From: Balanoglossus misakiensis
Lineage: Eukaryota; Animalia; Hemichordata
Assembly: GCA_040954595.2 (NCBI GenBank)
Contig: CM082577.2
Coordinates: 16,003,903 to 16,067,902 of the forward strand
Direction: 5' to 3'
DNA length: 64,000 nt
Part shown: positions 1 through 12,800 of the stretch, piece by piece
How positions within the stretch are numbered: position 1 is the first letter of the stretch
Layout: each line of letters opens with the position of its first letter
Notes under the pieces: model-generated
Database searches by the model: none
What the model was told of the DNA's origin: nothing
Seen by the model: only the letters and a program-made list of their open reading frames with translations
Translations under genes and position numbers: made by a program

Positions 1-347
1 GAAACTACTAAATAAACTAAAGTTTCATAATTTTATTTGTATTTTTAAAATGTTTTCCTGTTTTTTTGTTTACTTTTTTATTTTTTTTACTATTTGTTGA
101 TTGTAATGCTGTATGGCGTTTACCAGTCATTTCAGTTTTTCAGTTCTTTTACTATTTTTATTAGTAGTATTTTGCTGTTTTTTTCCTAGATGTTTCTTTT
201 TTTCCTTACAGTAAAAATATAGAGCATTTTGAAAGCTTATCATGTTTTCTGTCCTTTTCCAACAGTTGTTATTAAGTGTTGATGTTGTAACCACTGCATT
301 TCATTTTCCCATCTTTCATAACATTGTGTGTAATCATTTCTTTCCAG

Positions 348-783
348 GTATCTCACGACTCCATCAGAGGAAAGAGCCCATGTTGGTCTGAGTGGTAAAA
401 AACTGGATGCTGGCCTGAAAAATCTCACAGCCATTTGTGAAGTAAATCAGAAAATAGTGCTAGACAAAGTTGTCTTGGGTGGGGCTTCAAAAGCCAGTGT
501 TCACCATGAGTTGACTCCTGTCTATGTTACAGTCGAGAAACAGAACAAGTGTGAATCACTAGAAAAGCAAACAAAGGCGCAACTAATAAAACTTGTTCAG
601 GCAGCTATCGAGAAAGTCAGTGACAGTGACTTAAAGTTTGAATTTTCTGAGACGTTTAGAACTGTAAGAAAGGCCAAAAAGGAGAAACTCATTAAATTTT
701 ATAGGGAACTTGAGGAAGTCAATGTTTTACAAGCTGCAGAAGAGTTGGCAAAAGATGAACTTGAACCTGAAAGTATTGAATGA
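348..783 (+). CDS. Probable terminal exon of an unidentified (possibly TE-associated) gene
   Basis: Acceptor tttccAG ends at 347; the frame is open from 349 (YLTTPSEE...) through the 457..783 ORF; AATAAA lies near 866. No domain recognised. Confidence 0.4.
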
Positions 784-1476
784 ACAAACTATATGTAGTC
801 CAAATTTCATACAGTGCCGAAAATTTGTTCAAACTGATGGGTTTCATAACAAAGGCTCTTACCACAAATAAACACTTGTTTTGTTTTTTCTATTTTTGTT
901 TTATATAGCAGCACAGGGTCCCCCAGCTCAAATTCTGCCTCACAACAAACCTAGTGTATGTAGTGTGTGTATGCAAAGAGCACTGTATAGTGATTACCAA
1001 GTGTCAATGGAAGATGCAGTATATTTTTGGTGTGCTACAAATACAAAACAACTCAATCTTTGTAAACACAGATAATATATTTATTTGAACAAATAAATAA
1101 TAAACATAAATTTTAAACTCTGTTATAAAGTGTGTCACTGTCTAATATAAATATTTTTTTTACACGGTGCGAACATTTTTGTTGTTGTTAATATCACAAA
1201 TAGAAAAATATTGCTAGACCTTCAAAAGCTGAGTCCTTAGTAACACAAACCTACCCCCTGGTCATGATGTGATGACAAGGCAATGGATCTATGAAGTATT
1301 AAATAAAGAACGCAAAAGGTTCCAACCATCCAATCCATCAACGCCACCCTCACCCATCACTGCTCCAATTGCAACAAACAAGTCGTCCACACCACCTCCA
1401 CATTCGTCCGCTGCTAGCGAGACCTGCCACATGAAACAGTATGCCACTTTGGAATACTGCTAAGTAAAGGATAACA

Positions 1477-1690
1477 ATCCCTTTGATATTTTAAGTTTAG
1501 GTGAAACATTTCTTGGTAAATCTCATACAAGTCTTGATTTTGCTGTGCCTGGTTTTGATTTATATATAAAGAATAACATTTCTGGAATGGGTAGGGGTCT
1601 CCTTGCATATATAGATAATAACATTCATTGTACTCGGAAACATCAGTTGGAGTATACGGACTTTGAAATCATTGTGTTTGAAAAATGCCA
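1477..1690 (+). mobile_element. LINE (CR1/L2-like) apurinic-endonuclease fragment
   Basis: Translates as FDILSLGETFL...VPGFDLY...GRGLLAYI...LEYTDFEII, matching the ETxL...PGY...GGGV pattern of LINE ORF2 endonucleases. A second copy is at 18128..18318 (-). Confidence 0.65.
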
Positions 1691-3474
1691 CAAGATGAGG
1701 TTTAGAAATGGGGCCCTGTATATATAGACGGACATATATATCGGGCAGGAGATATTGCACATCAACAAAAGTGAAGTACCATACACCATGAAGTCAGAAG
1801 TGTTGACCCTGAAACCACGAGCTGTGAAATTCCAGAGGATAACCAAACAACAAATGAAGGACAGAGTATCAGGAGATCTCCCTTCAATCAACACTTTCAA
1901 GAAAGAATCAAATATTGCAGTGTCGCTTCTGTTGCCAAACATGGGCCATCAGAACGGAATTTTAATCCGTACCAAAGCAGATGAAACATTGAAGACCTGA
2001 GATACAATTACTTTCCATTTTACCATTATGGAACGGTTTGATACTTGAAAACCTGCAATGGTATCAGGATGTGTTTGTGTCACCACAGAAAACTGAAACC
2101 AGGGCAACAAATGAGTTGCAGAAAACTGGATGCGAGAGGTCAAAATCAACATCCTCAACAGGAAAATCCAACTGAAAATGGCAAAATTCTGTGCCATTAT
2201 GTACAAATCAATCAAACCGAGACAGGAAGACATCGCCATAGCGGTATTGAAATACAAAAAAAGATACATGTATCAACACAATCTGGTGTCACTGTGGAAG
2301 CTGATACAAAAAAACCTGGCACAGAAGGCTGGCCAATTCCACAAAACAAGGTACTTACTTCAATCCACCAAAAACACCTCTAAAATAACCACAAGAGGTG
2401 AAAGAATCTTCCAAGCAAGATCCACAAGAAGGAAGGCAAACTGGACGTACCAACAGAACTGGTAGAAGAAAAGCAGATGTACAAAATTCAGCAGCTAAAG
2501 TCATCAACACTGGTCCCACCCATCAAAGTCTCCCATGTAATGGGTCATCAATGGTAAAAAAAAATGATATACCACTTGAGATTTAGAGAATCATGTACGA
2601 AGACCCATAATGGACGAAAACACACATTGTGCAACATAATGTGCGTGTCGAATGCCGAGCACATTATGGAGTACAATGTGTGCTTGAGTCCATTATGGGT
2701 CTTTGGGGCGTACATTTTTCTTATTATTTTATAGTTTTGTCAATGTCAGTGAATTGTTCAAAAATCTTGACCAGGTGTACGGCGCCCTCATGAAGCAAAG
2801 AGGTACAACCGTTCTCTTTGCTGACTTGGCTGCTATGAGTAGGTTGGTAACTTTTTGTCGCTCTTCGAAATCGCTCATAAAAGTGTTCAATCATTGACAT
2901 CCACTTCTATTATTGAGATGAAATGATGTAGTAGTGTCATAAGAACAGTCAACTGTAATAATTTGGAAGAATGTTTAATGATTTTGTGAGGTTTTTTGAG
3001 CTTTTATTCAGAGTTGATGAAAGTACAATGAACAGTCACATGCGTTACAGTGTACTGCCATGGTCAAACAATACTTGGACATTTAGTTATTGGTATCGCC
3101 TGTTGGAAATATTTGAATATTGAACTCAAACAGTATTTCACTAATAAACAATCTGTGTTGAAACACACCTGTTGTGATTTTCAACAGGCACAGCTTAATG
3201 GTTATCGAATGTGGGTTGTGCCACTGATAAACACTCGGAAGGTGTTACGTTTTGTCACTCCACGTGTTAGTTACACTTCAGTAGCTTGCAGAATGGTTTT
3301 GGGGTTGGACTGCATTTGAAATATTCAAGCTTTGAATTGAATTTTGTGGGTCTTTCAGGACGTTACCCAACATGCACTGTGAACTGCCATTGTGATTGTG
3401 GGGGTTTTCTCTAGAAGGGATTTAACTGTTTACAAAGATTCATTGTGTGTAACTGGTATTGTTTCTTCCACCAG

Positions 3475-3701
3475 GAACATGTGCCGGTGTGGTACAGTAT
3501 GAGCCCTCAACTATCACCGAGGGACAATTATCATAGAGCTATATGCATCGACTGGATGTACGCGGTGTCAGCGGAACTCAATTTTGACATTGACACGGTA
3601 CACACAGCTGTGTGGTATTTCGACAGCTTTATCACAAGGTGCCAGGCGTTCCATGTAGAATTTAAACAATTGGTTGCTGCGGCCAGCCTATTTACCGCTA
3701 G
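3475..3701 (+). pseudogene. Isolated cyclin-box (Cyclin_N) exon
   Basis: RAICIDWMYAVSAEL...DTVHTAVWYFDSF...QLVAAASLF resembles cyclin-box helices 1-3. Bounded by acceptor ccaccAG (3474) and donor GTAAG (3702). No other exons recognised. Confidence 0.7.
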
Positions 3702-3881
3702 GTAAGACATCAGTCTGTAGTGATTTACTTTCATTAATTGGGTGTGTTTGGTTTTGTTGCGTAACTGTAAGATTGTGTACCTTGGCAGTTAGGTGATGAT
3801 GGGTTTCATCCTACATCATCAACATTCGGTCTTTTTCTACGACCTAAACAGTTAAATTACTACAACAAAATAAAATTCAAA

Positions 3882-6800
3882 CTACATCCATGATTTGATA
3901 TCAACAGAAAGCTTATTTTGTAACCTGCCATAGCTCAGCACCCTTTGTACATGCAGTACATAGTCTACATAGGTGATTATCTTCATTAGTAAGTAGACAA
4001 CAATTTGGGTGAAACATTTTCCACATGTTCTGCATTCATATGGTCTTTCTTGGGTATGGACTCTCAAATGCACTGTTAAATGCCCATTGCTGTTGAAACA
4101 TTTTCCACATACTTTGCATTCATATGGTCTTTTGTGGGTATTGACTCTCAAGTGTGCTGTTAAATGCCCATTACCTTTCAAACATTTACCACATAGTTTG
4201 CATTCATATGGTCTTTCTTGGGTATGGACTCTCAATTGTGCTGTTAAATGCCCATTGCTGTTGAAACATTTTCCACATACTTTGCATTCATATGGTCTTT
4301 GGTGGGTATGGACTCTCAATTGTGCTGTTAAATGCCCATTGCTGTTGAAACATTTTCCACATACTTTGCATTCATATGGTCTTTCGTGGGTATCGACTCT
4401 CAAGTGTGCTGTTAAATGCCCATTACCGTTGAAACATTTACCACATACTTTGCATTCATGTGGTCTTTCTTGGGTATGGACTCTCAAGTGTGCTGTTAAG
4501 TCCCCATTTGGGTGAAACATTTTCCACATGTTCTGCATTCATATGGTCTTTCTTTGGCATGGACTCTCAAGTGTGCTGTTAAGTCCCCATTTTGGATGAA
4601 ACATGTTCTGCATACATATGGTCTTTCTTGGGTATGGATTCTCAAATGCACAGTTAAATGCCCATTGCTGTTGAAACATTTTCCACATACTTTGCATTCA
4701 TGTGGTCTTTCTTGGGTATGGACTCTCAAGTGTGCTGTTAAGGTCCCATTTGGGTGAAACATTTTCCACATGTTCTGCATTCATATGGTCTTTCTTTGGC
4801 ATGGACTCTCAAGTGTGCTGTTAAGTCTCCATTTTGGGTGAAACATGTTCTGCATACATATGGTCTTTCTTGGGTATGGACTCTCAAATGCACTGTTAAA
4901 TGTTCATTGCTGTTGAAACATTTTCCACATACTTTGCATTCATATGGTCTTTCTTGGGTATGGACTCTCAAGTGTGCTGTTAAATACCCATTGCTGTTGA
5001 AACATTTTCCACATACTTTGCATTCATATGGTCTTTTGTGGGTATTGACTCTCAAGTGTGCTGTTAAATGCCCATTACCTTTCAAACATTTACCACATAT
5101 TTTGCATTCATATGGTCTTTCTTGGGTATGGACTCTCAATTGTGCTGTTAAATGCCCATTGCTGTTGAAACATTTTCTACATACTTTGCATTCATATCGT
5201 CTTTTGTGGGTATTGACTCTCAAGTGTGCTGTTAAATGCCCATTACCTTTGAAACATTTACCACATACTTTGCATTCATATGGTCTTTCTTGGGTATGGA
5301 CTCTCAATTGTGCTGTTAAATGCCCATTGCTGTGGAAACATTTTCCACATACTTTGCATTCATATGGTCTTTCGTGGGTATCGACTCTCAAGTGTGCTGT
5401 TAAATGCCTATTACCGTTGAAACCTTTACCACATACTTTGCATTCATGTGGTCTTTCTTGGGTATGGACTCTCCAGTGTGCTGTTAAATTCCCATTTTAG
5501 GTGAAACATTTTCAACATGTTCTGCATTCATATGGTCTTTCTTGGGTATGGACTCTCAAATGCACTGTTAAATGCCGATTGCTGTTGAAATATTTTCCAC
5601 ATACTTTGCATTCATGTGGTCTTTCTTGGGTATGGACTCTCAATTGTGCTGTTAAATGCCCTTTGCTGTTGAAACATTTTCCACATACTTTGCATTCATA
5701 TGGTCTTTCTTTGGTATATGGACTCTCAAATGCACAGTTAAATGCCCATTGCTGTTGAAACATTTTCCACATACTTTGCATTCATGTGGTCTTTCTTGGG
5801 TATGGACTCTCAAGTGTGCTGTTAAGGTCCCATTTCGGGTGAAAGATTTTCCACATGTTATGCATTCATATGGTCTTTCTTTGGTATGCACACTCAAATG
5901 CACTGTTAAATGCCCATTGCTGTTGAAACATTTTCCACATACTTTGCATTCATATGGTCTTTCGTGGGTATGGACTCTCAAATGCACAGTTAAATGCCCA
6001 TTGCTGTTGAAACATTTTCCACATACTTTGCATTCATGTGGTCTTTCTTGGGTATGGACTCTCAAGTGTGCTGTTAAATTCCCATTTTGGGTGAAACATT
6101 TTCCACATGTTCTGCATTCATATGGTCTTTCTTTGGCATGGACTCTCAAGTGTGCTGTTAAGTCCCCATTTGGGTGAAACATTTTCCACATGTTCTGCAT
6201 TCATATGGTCTTTCTTTGGCATGGACTCTCAAGTGTGCTGTTAAGTCCCCATTTTGGGTGAAACATGTTCTGCATACATATGGTCTTTCTTGGGTATGGA
6301 CTCTCAAATGCACTGTTAAATGCCCATTGCTGTTGAAACATTTTCCACATACTTTGCATTCATATGGTCTTTTGTGGGTATTGACTCTCAAGTGTGCTGT
6401 TAAATGCCCATTACCTTTCAAACATTTACCACATAGTTTGCATTCATATGGTCTTTCTTGGGTATGGACTCTCAATTGTGCTGTTAAATGCCCATTGCTG
6501 TTGAAACATTTTCCACATACTTTGCATTCATATGGTCTTTGGTGGGTATGGACTCTCAATTGTGCTGTTAAATGCCCATTGCTGTTGAAACATTTTCCAC
6601 ATACTTTGCATTCATATGGTCTTTCGTGGGTATCGACTCTCAAGTGTGCTGTTAAATGCCCATTACCGTTGAAACATTTACCACATACTTTGCATTCATG
6701 TGGTCTTTCTTGGGTATGGACTCTCAAGTGTGCTGTTAAGTCCCCATTTGGGTGAAACATTTTCCACATGTTCTGCATTCATATGGTCTTTCTTTGGCAT

Positions 6801-9800
6801 GGACTCTCAAGTGTGCTGTTAAGTCCCCATTTTGGGTGAAACATGTTCTGCATACATATGGTCTTTCTTGGGTATGGATTCTCAAATGCACAGTTAAATG
6901 CCCATTGCTGTTGAAACATTTTCCACATACTTTGCATTCATGTGGTCTTTCTTGGGTATGGACTCTCAAGTGTGCTGTTAAGGTCCCATTTGGGTGAAAC
7001 ATTTTGCACATGTTCTGCATTCATATGGTCTTTCTTTGGCATGGACTCTCAAGTGTGCTGTTAAGTCCCCATTTTGGGTGAAACATGTTCTGCATACATA
7101 TGGTCTTTCTTGGGTATGGACTCTCAAATGCACTGTTAAATGTTCATTGCTGTTGAAACATTTTCCACATACTTTGCATTCATATGGTCTTTCTTGGGTA
7201 TGGACTCTCAAGTGTGCTGTTAAATACCCATTGCTGTTGAAACATTTTCCACATACTTTGCATTCATATGGTCTTTTGTGGGTATTGACTCTCAAGTGTG
7301 CTGTTAAATGCCCATTACCTTTCAAACATTTACCACATACTTTGCATTCATATGGTCTTTCTTGGGTATGGACTCTCAATTGTGCTGTTAAATGCCCATT
7401 GCTGTTGAAACATTTTCTACATACTTTGCATTCATATGGTCTTTTGTGGGTATTGACTCTCAAGTGTGCTGTTAAATGCCCATTACCTTTGAAACATTTA
7501 CCACATACTTTGCATTCATATGGTCTTTCTTGGGTATGGACTCTCAATTGTGCTGTTAAATGCCCATTGCTGTGGAAACATTTTCCACATACTTTGCATT
7601 CATATGGTCTTTCGTGGGTATCGACTCTCAAGTGTGCTGTTAAATGCCCATTACCGTTGAAACCTTTACCACATACTTTGCATTCATGTGGTCTTTCTTG
7701 GGTATGGACTTTCAAGTGTGCTGTTAAATTCCCATTTTAGGTGAAACATTTTCAACATGTTCTGCATTCATATGGTCTTTCTTGGGTATGGACTCTCAAA
7801 TGCACTGTTAAATTCCCATTGCTGTTGAAATATTTTCCACATACTTTGCATTCATGTGGTCTTTCTTGGGTATGGACTCTCAATTGTGCTGTTAAATGCC
7901 CTTTGCTGTTGAAACATTTTCCACATACTTTGCATTCATATGGTCTTTCTTTGGTATATGGACTCTCAAATGCACAGTTAAATGCCCATTGCTGTTGAAA
8001 CATTTTCCACATACTTTGCATTCATGTGGTCTTTCTTGGGTATGGACTCTCAAGTGTGCTGTTAAGGTCCCATTTCGGGTGAAAGATTTTCCACATGTTA
8101 TGCATTCATATGGTCTTTCTTTGGTATGCACACTCAAATGCACTGTTAAATGCCCATTGCTGTTGAAACATTTTCCACATACTTTGCATTCATATAGTCT
8201 TTGGTGGGTATGGACTCTCAAGTGTGCTGTTAAGTCCCCATTTTGGGTGAAACATGTTCTGCATTCATATGGTCTCTCTTGCGTATGGACTCTCAAATGC
8301 ACTGTTAAACGCCCATTGCTGCTGAAACATTTTCCACATACTTTGCATTCATATGGTCTTTCGTGGGTATCGACTCTCAAGTGTGCTGTTAAATGCCCAT
8401 TACCGTTGAAACATTTACCACATACTTTGCATTCATGTGGTCTTTCTTGGGTATGGACTCTAAAGTGTGCTGTTAAGTCCCCATTTGGGTGAAACATTTT
8501 CCACATGTTCTGCATTCATATGGTCTTTCTTTGGCATGGACTCTCAAGTGTGCTGTTAAGTCCCCATTTTGGGTGAAACATGTTCTGCATACATATGGTC
8601 TTTCTTGGGTATGGACTCTCAAATGCACAGTTAAATGCCCATTGCTGTTGAAACATTTTCCACATACTTTGCATTCATATGGTCTTTGGTGGGTATGGAC
8701 TCTCAAGTGTGCTGTTAAGTCCCCATTTTGGGTGAAACATGTTCTGCATTCATATGGTCTCTCTTGCGTATGGACTCTCAAATGCACTGTTAAACGCCCA
8801 TTGCTGCTGAAACATTTTCCACATACTTTGCATTCATATGGTCTTTCGTGGGTATGGACTCTCAAATGCACAGTTAAATGCCCATTGCTGTTGAAACATT
8901 TTCCACATACTTTGCATTCATGTGGTCTTTCTTGGGTATGGACTCTCAAGTGTGCTGTTAAGTCCCCATTTTGGGTGAAACATGTTCTGCATACATATGG
9001 TCTTTCTTGGGTATGGACTCTCAAATGCACTGTTAAATGCCCATTGCTGTTGAAACATTTTCCACATACGTTGCATTCATATGGTCTTTCTTGGGTATGG
9101 ACTCTCAAGTGTGCTGTTAAATGCCCATTGCTGTTGAAACATTTTCCACATACTTTGCATTCATATGGTCTTTTGTGGGTATTGACTCTCAAGTGTGCTG
9201 TTAAATGCCCATTGTTGTTGAAACATTTTCCACATACTTTGCATTCATATGGTCTTTTGTGGGTATGGACTCTCAATTGTGCTGTTAAATGCCCATTGCT
9301 GTTGAAACATTTTCCACATACTTTGCATTCATATGGTCTTTGGTGGGTATGGACTCTCAATTGTGCTGTTAAATGCCCATTGCTGTTGAAACATTTTCCA
9401 CATACTTTGCATTCATATGGTCTTTCGTGGGTATCGACTCTCAAGTGTGCTGTTAAATGCCCATTACCGTTGAAACATTTACCACATACTTTGCATTCAT
9501 GTGGTCTTTCTTGGGTATGGACTCTCAAGTGTGCTGTTAAGTGCCCATTTGGGTGAAACATTTTCCACATGTTCTGCATTCATATGGTCTTTCTTTGGCA
9601 TGGACTCTCAAGTGTTCTGTTAAGTCCCCATTTTGGGTGAAACATGTTCTGCATACATATGGTCTTTCTTGGGTATGGATTCTCAAATGCACAGTTAAAT
9701 GCCCATTGCTGTTGAAACATTTTCCACATACTTTGCATTCATGTGGTCTTTCTTGGGTATGGACTCTCAAGTGTGCTGTTAAGGTCCCATTTGGGTGAAA

Positions 9801-12800
9801 CATTTTCCACATGTTCTGCATTCATATGGTCTTTCTTTGGCATGGACTCTCAAGTGTGCTGTTAAGTCCCCATTTTGGGTGAAACATGTTCTGCATACAT
9901 ATGGTCTTTCTTGGGTATGGACTCTCAAATGCACTGTTAAACGCCCATTGCTGCTGAAACATTTTCCACATACTTTGCATTCATATGGTCTTTCTTGGGT
10001 ATGGACTCTCAAGTGTGCTGTTAAATGCCCATTGCTGTTGAAACATTTTCCACATACTTTGCATTCATATGGTCTTTCGTGGGTATGGACTCTCAAATGC
10101 ACAGTTAAATGCCCATTGCTGTTGAAACATTTTCCACATACTTTGCATTCATGTGGTCTTTCTTGGGTATGGACTCTCAAGTGTGCTGTTAAGTCCCCAT
10201 TTGGGTGAAACATTTTCCACATGTTCTGCATTCATATGGTCTTTCTTTGGCATGGACTCTCAAGTGTGCTGTTAAGTCCCCATTTTGGGTGAAACATGTT
10301 CTGCATACATATGGTCTTTCTTGGGTATGGACTCTCAAATGCACTGTTAAATGCCCATTGCTGTTGAAACATTTTCCACATACGTTGCATTCATATGGTC
10401 TTTCTTGGGTATGGACTCTCAAGTGTGCTGTTAAATGCCCATTGCTGTTGAAACATTTTCCACATACTTTGCATTCATATGGTCTTTTGTGGGTATTGAC
10501 TCTCAAGTGTGCTGTTAAATGCCCATTGTTGTTGATACATTTTCCACATACTTTGCATTCATATGGTCTTTTGTGGGTATGGACTCTCAATTGTGCTGTT
10601 AAATGCCCATTGCTGTTGAAACATTTTCCACATACTTTGCATTCATATGGTCTTTCGTGGGTATCGACTCTCAAGTGTGCTGTTAAATGCCCATTACCGT
10701 TGAAACATTTACCACATACTTTGCATTCATGTGGTCTTTCTTGGGTATGGACTCTCAAGTGTGCTGTTAAGTGCCCATTTGGGTGAAACATTTTCCACAT
10801 GTTCTGCATTCATATGGTCTTTCTTTGGCATGGACTCTCAAGTGTTCTGTTAAGTCCCCATTTTGGGTGAAACATGTTCTGCATACATATGGTCTTTCTT
10901 GGGTATGGATTCTCAAATGCACAGTTAAATGCCCATTGCTGTTGAAACATTTTCCACATACTTTGCATTCATGTGGTCTTTCTTGGGTATGGACTCTCAA
11001 GTGTGCTGTTAAGGTCCCATTTCGGGTGAAAGATTTTCCACATGTTATGCATTCATATGGTCTTTCTTTGGTATGCACACTCAAATGCACTGTTAAATGC
11101 CCATTGCTGTTGAAACATTTTCCACATACTTTGCATTCATATAGTCTTTGGTGGGTATGGACTCTCAAGTGTGCTGTTAAGTCCCCATTTTGGGTGAAAC
11201 ATGTTCTGCATTCATATGGTCTCTCTTGCGTATGGACTCTCAAATGCACTTTTAAACGCCCATTGCTGCTGAAACATTTTCCACATACTTTGCATTCATA
11301 TGGTCTTTCGTGGGTATCGACTCTCAAGTGTGCTGTTAAATGCCCATTACCGTTGAAACATTTACCACATACTTTGCATTCATGTGGTCTTTCTTGGGTA
11401 TGGACTCTCAAGTGTGCTGTTAAGTCCCCATTTTGGGTGAAACATGTTCTGCATACATATGGTCTTTCTTGGGTATGGACTCTCAAATGCACTGTTAAAT
11501 GCCCATTGCTGTTGAAACATTTTCCACATACTTTGCATTCATATGGTCTTTCTTTGGTATATGGACTCTCAAATGCACAGTTAAATGCCCATTGCTGTTG
11601 AAACATTTTCCACATATTTTGCATTCATGTGGTCTTTCTTGGGTATGGACTCTCAAGTGTGCTGTTAAGGTCCCATTTCGGGTGAAAGATTTTCCACATG
11701 TTATGCATTCATATGGTCTTTCTTTGGTATGCACACTCAAATGCACTGTTAAATGCCCATTGCTGTTGAAACATTTTCCACATACTTTGCATTCATATAG
11801 TCTTTGGTGGGTATGGACTCTCAAGTGTGCTGTTAAGTCCCCATTTTGGGTGAAACATGTTCTGCATTCATATGGTCTCTCTTGCGTATGGACTCTCAAA
11901 TGCACTTTTAAACGCCCATTGCTGCTGAAACATTTTCCACATACTTTGCATTCATATGGTCTTTCGTGGGTATCGACTCTCAAGTGTGCTGTTAAATGCC
12001 CATTACCGTTGAAACATTTACCACATACTTTGCATTCATGTGGTCTTTCTTGGGTATGGACTCTCAAGTGTGCTGTTAAGTCCCCATTTTGGGTGAAACA
12101 TGTTCTGCATACATATGGTCTTTCTTGGGTATGGACTCTCAAATGCACTGTTAAATGCCCATTGCTGTTGAAACATTTTCCACATACTTTGCATTCATGT
12201 GGTCTTTCTTGGGTATGGACTCTCAAGTGTGCTGTTAAGGTCCCATTTCGGGTGAAAGATTTTCCACATGTTATGCATTCATATGGTCTTTCTTTGGTAT
12301 GCACACTCAAATGCACTGTTAAATGCCCATTGCTGTTGAAACATTTTCCACATACTTTGCATTCATATAGTCTTTGGTGGGTATGGACTCTCAAGTGTGC
12401 TGTTAAGTCCCCATTTTGGGTGAAACATGTTCTGCATTCATATGGTCTCTCTTGCGTATGGACTCTCAAATGCACTGTTAAACGCCCATTGCTGCTGAAA
12501 CATTTTCCACATACTTTGCATTCATATGGTCTTTCGTGGGTATCGACTCTCAAGTGTGCTGTTAAATGCCCATTACCGTTGAAACATTTACCACATACTT
12601 TGCATTCATGTGGTCTTTTTTGGGTATGGACTCTAAAGTGTGCAGTTAAGTCCCCATTTGGGTGAAACATTTTCCACATGTTCTGCATTCATATGGTCTT
12701 TCTTTGGCATGGACTCTCAAGTGTGCTGTTAAGTCCCCATTTTGGGTGAAACATGTTCTGCATACATATGGTCTTTCTTGGGTATGGACTCTCAAATGCA

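Noticed and set aside
1755-2586. Short Lys/Gln-rich ORFs
   Set aside because: No recognisable motifs; consistent with A-rich decayed repeat sequence.
4500-4520. Programmed -1 frameshifting at the recurrent ZF deletion (CCCAAAT)
   Set aside because: The heptamer is not in the X XXY YYZ phase of the upstream frame (codons are ACC CAA ATG), and true stops also interrupt the array.
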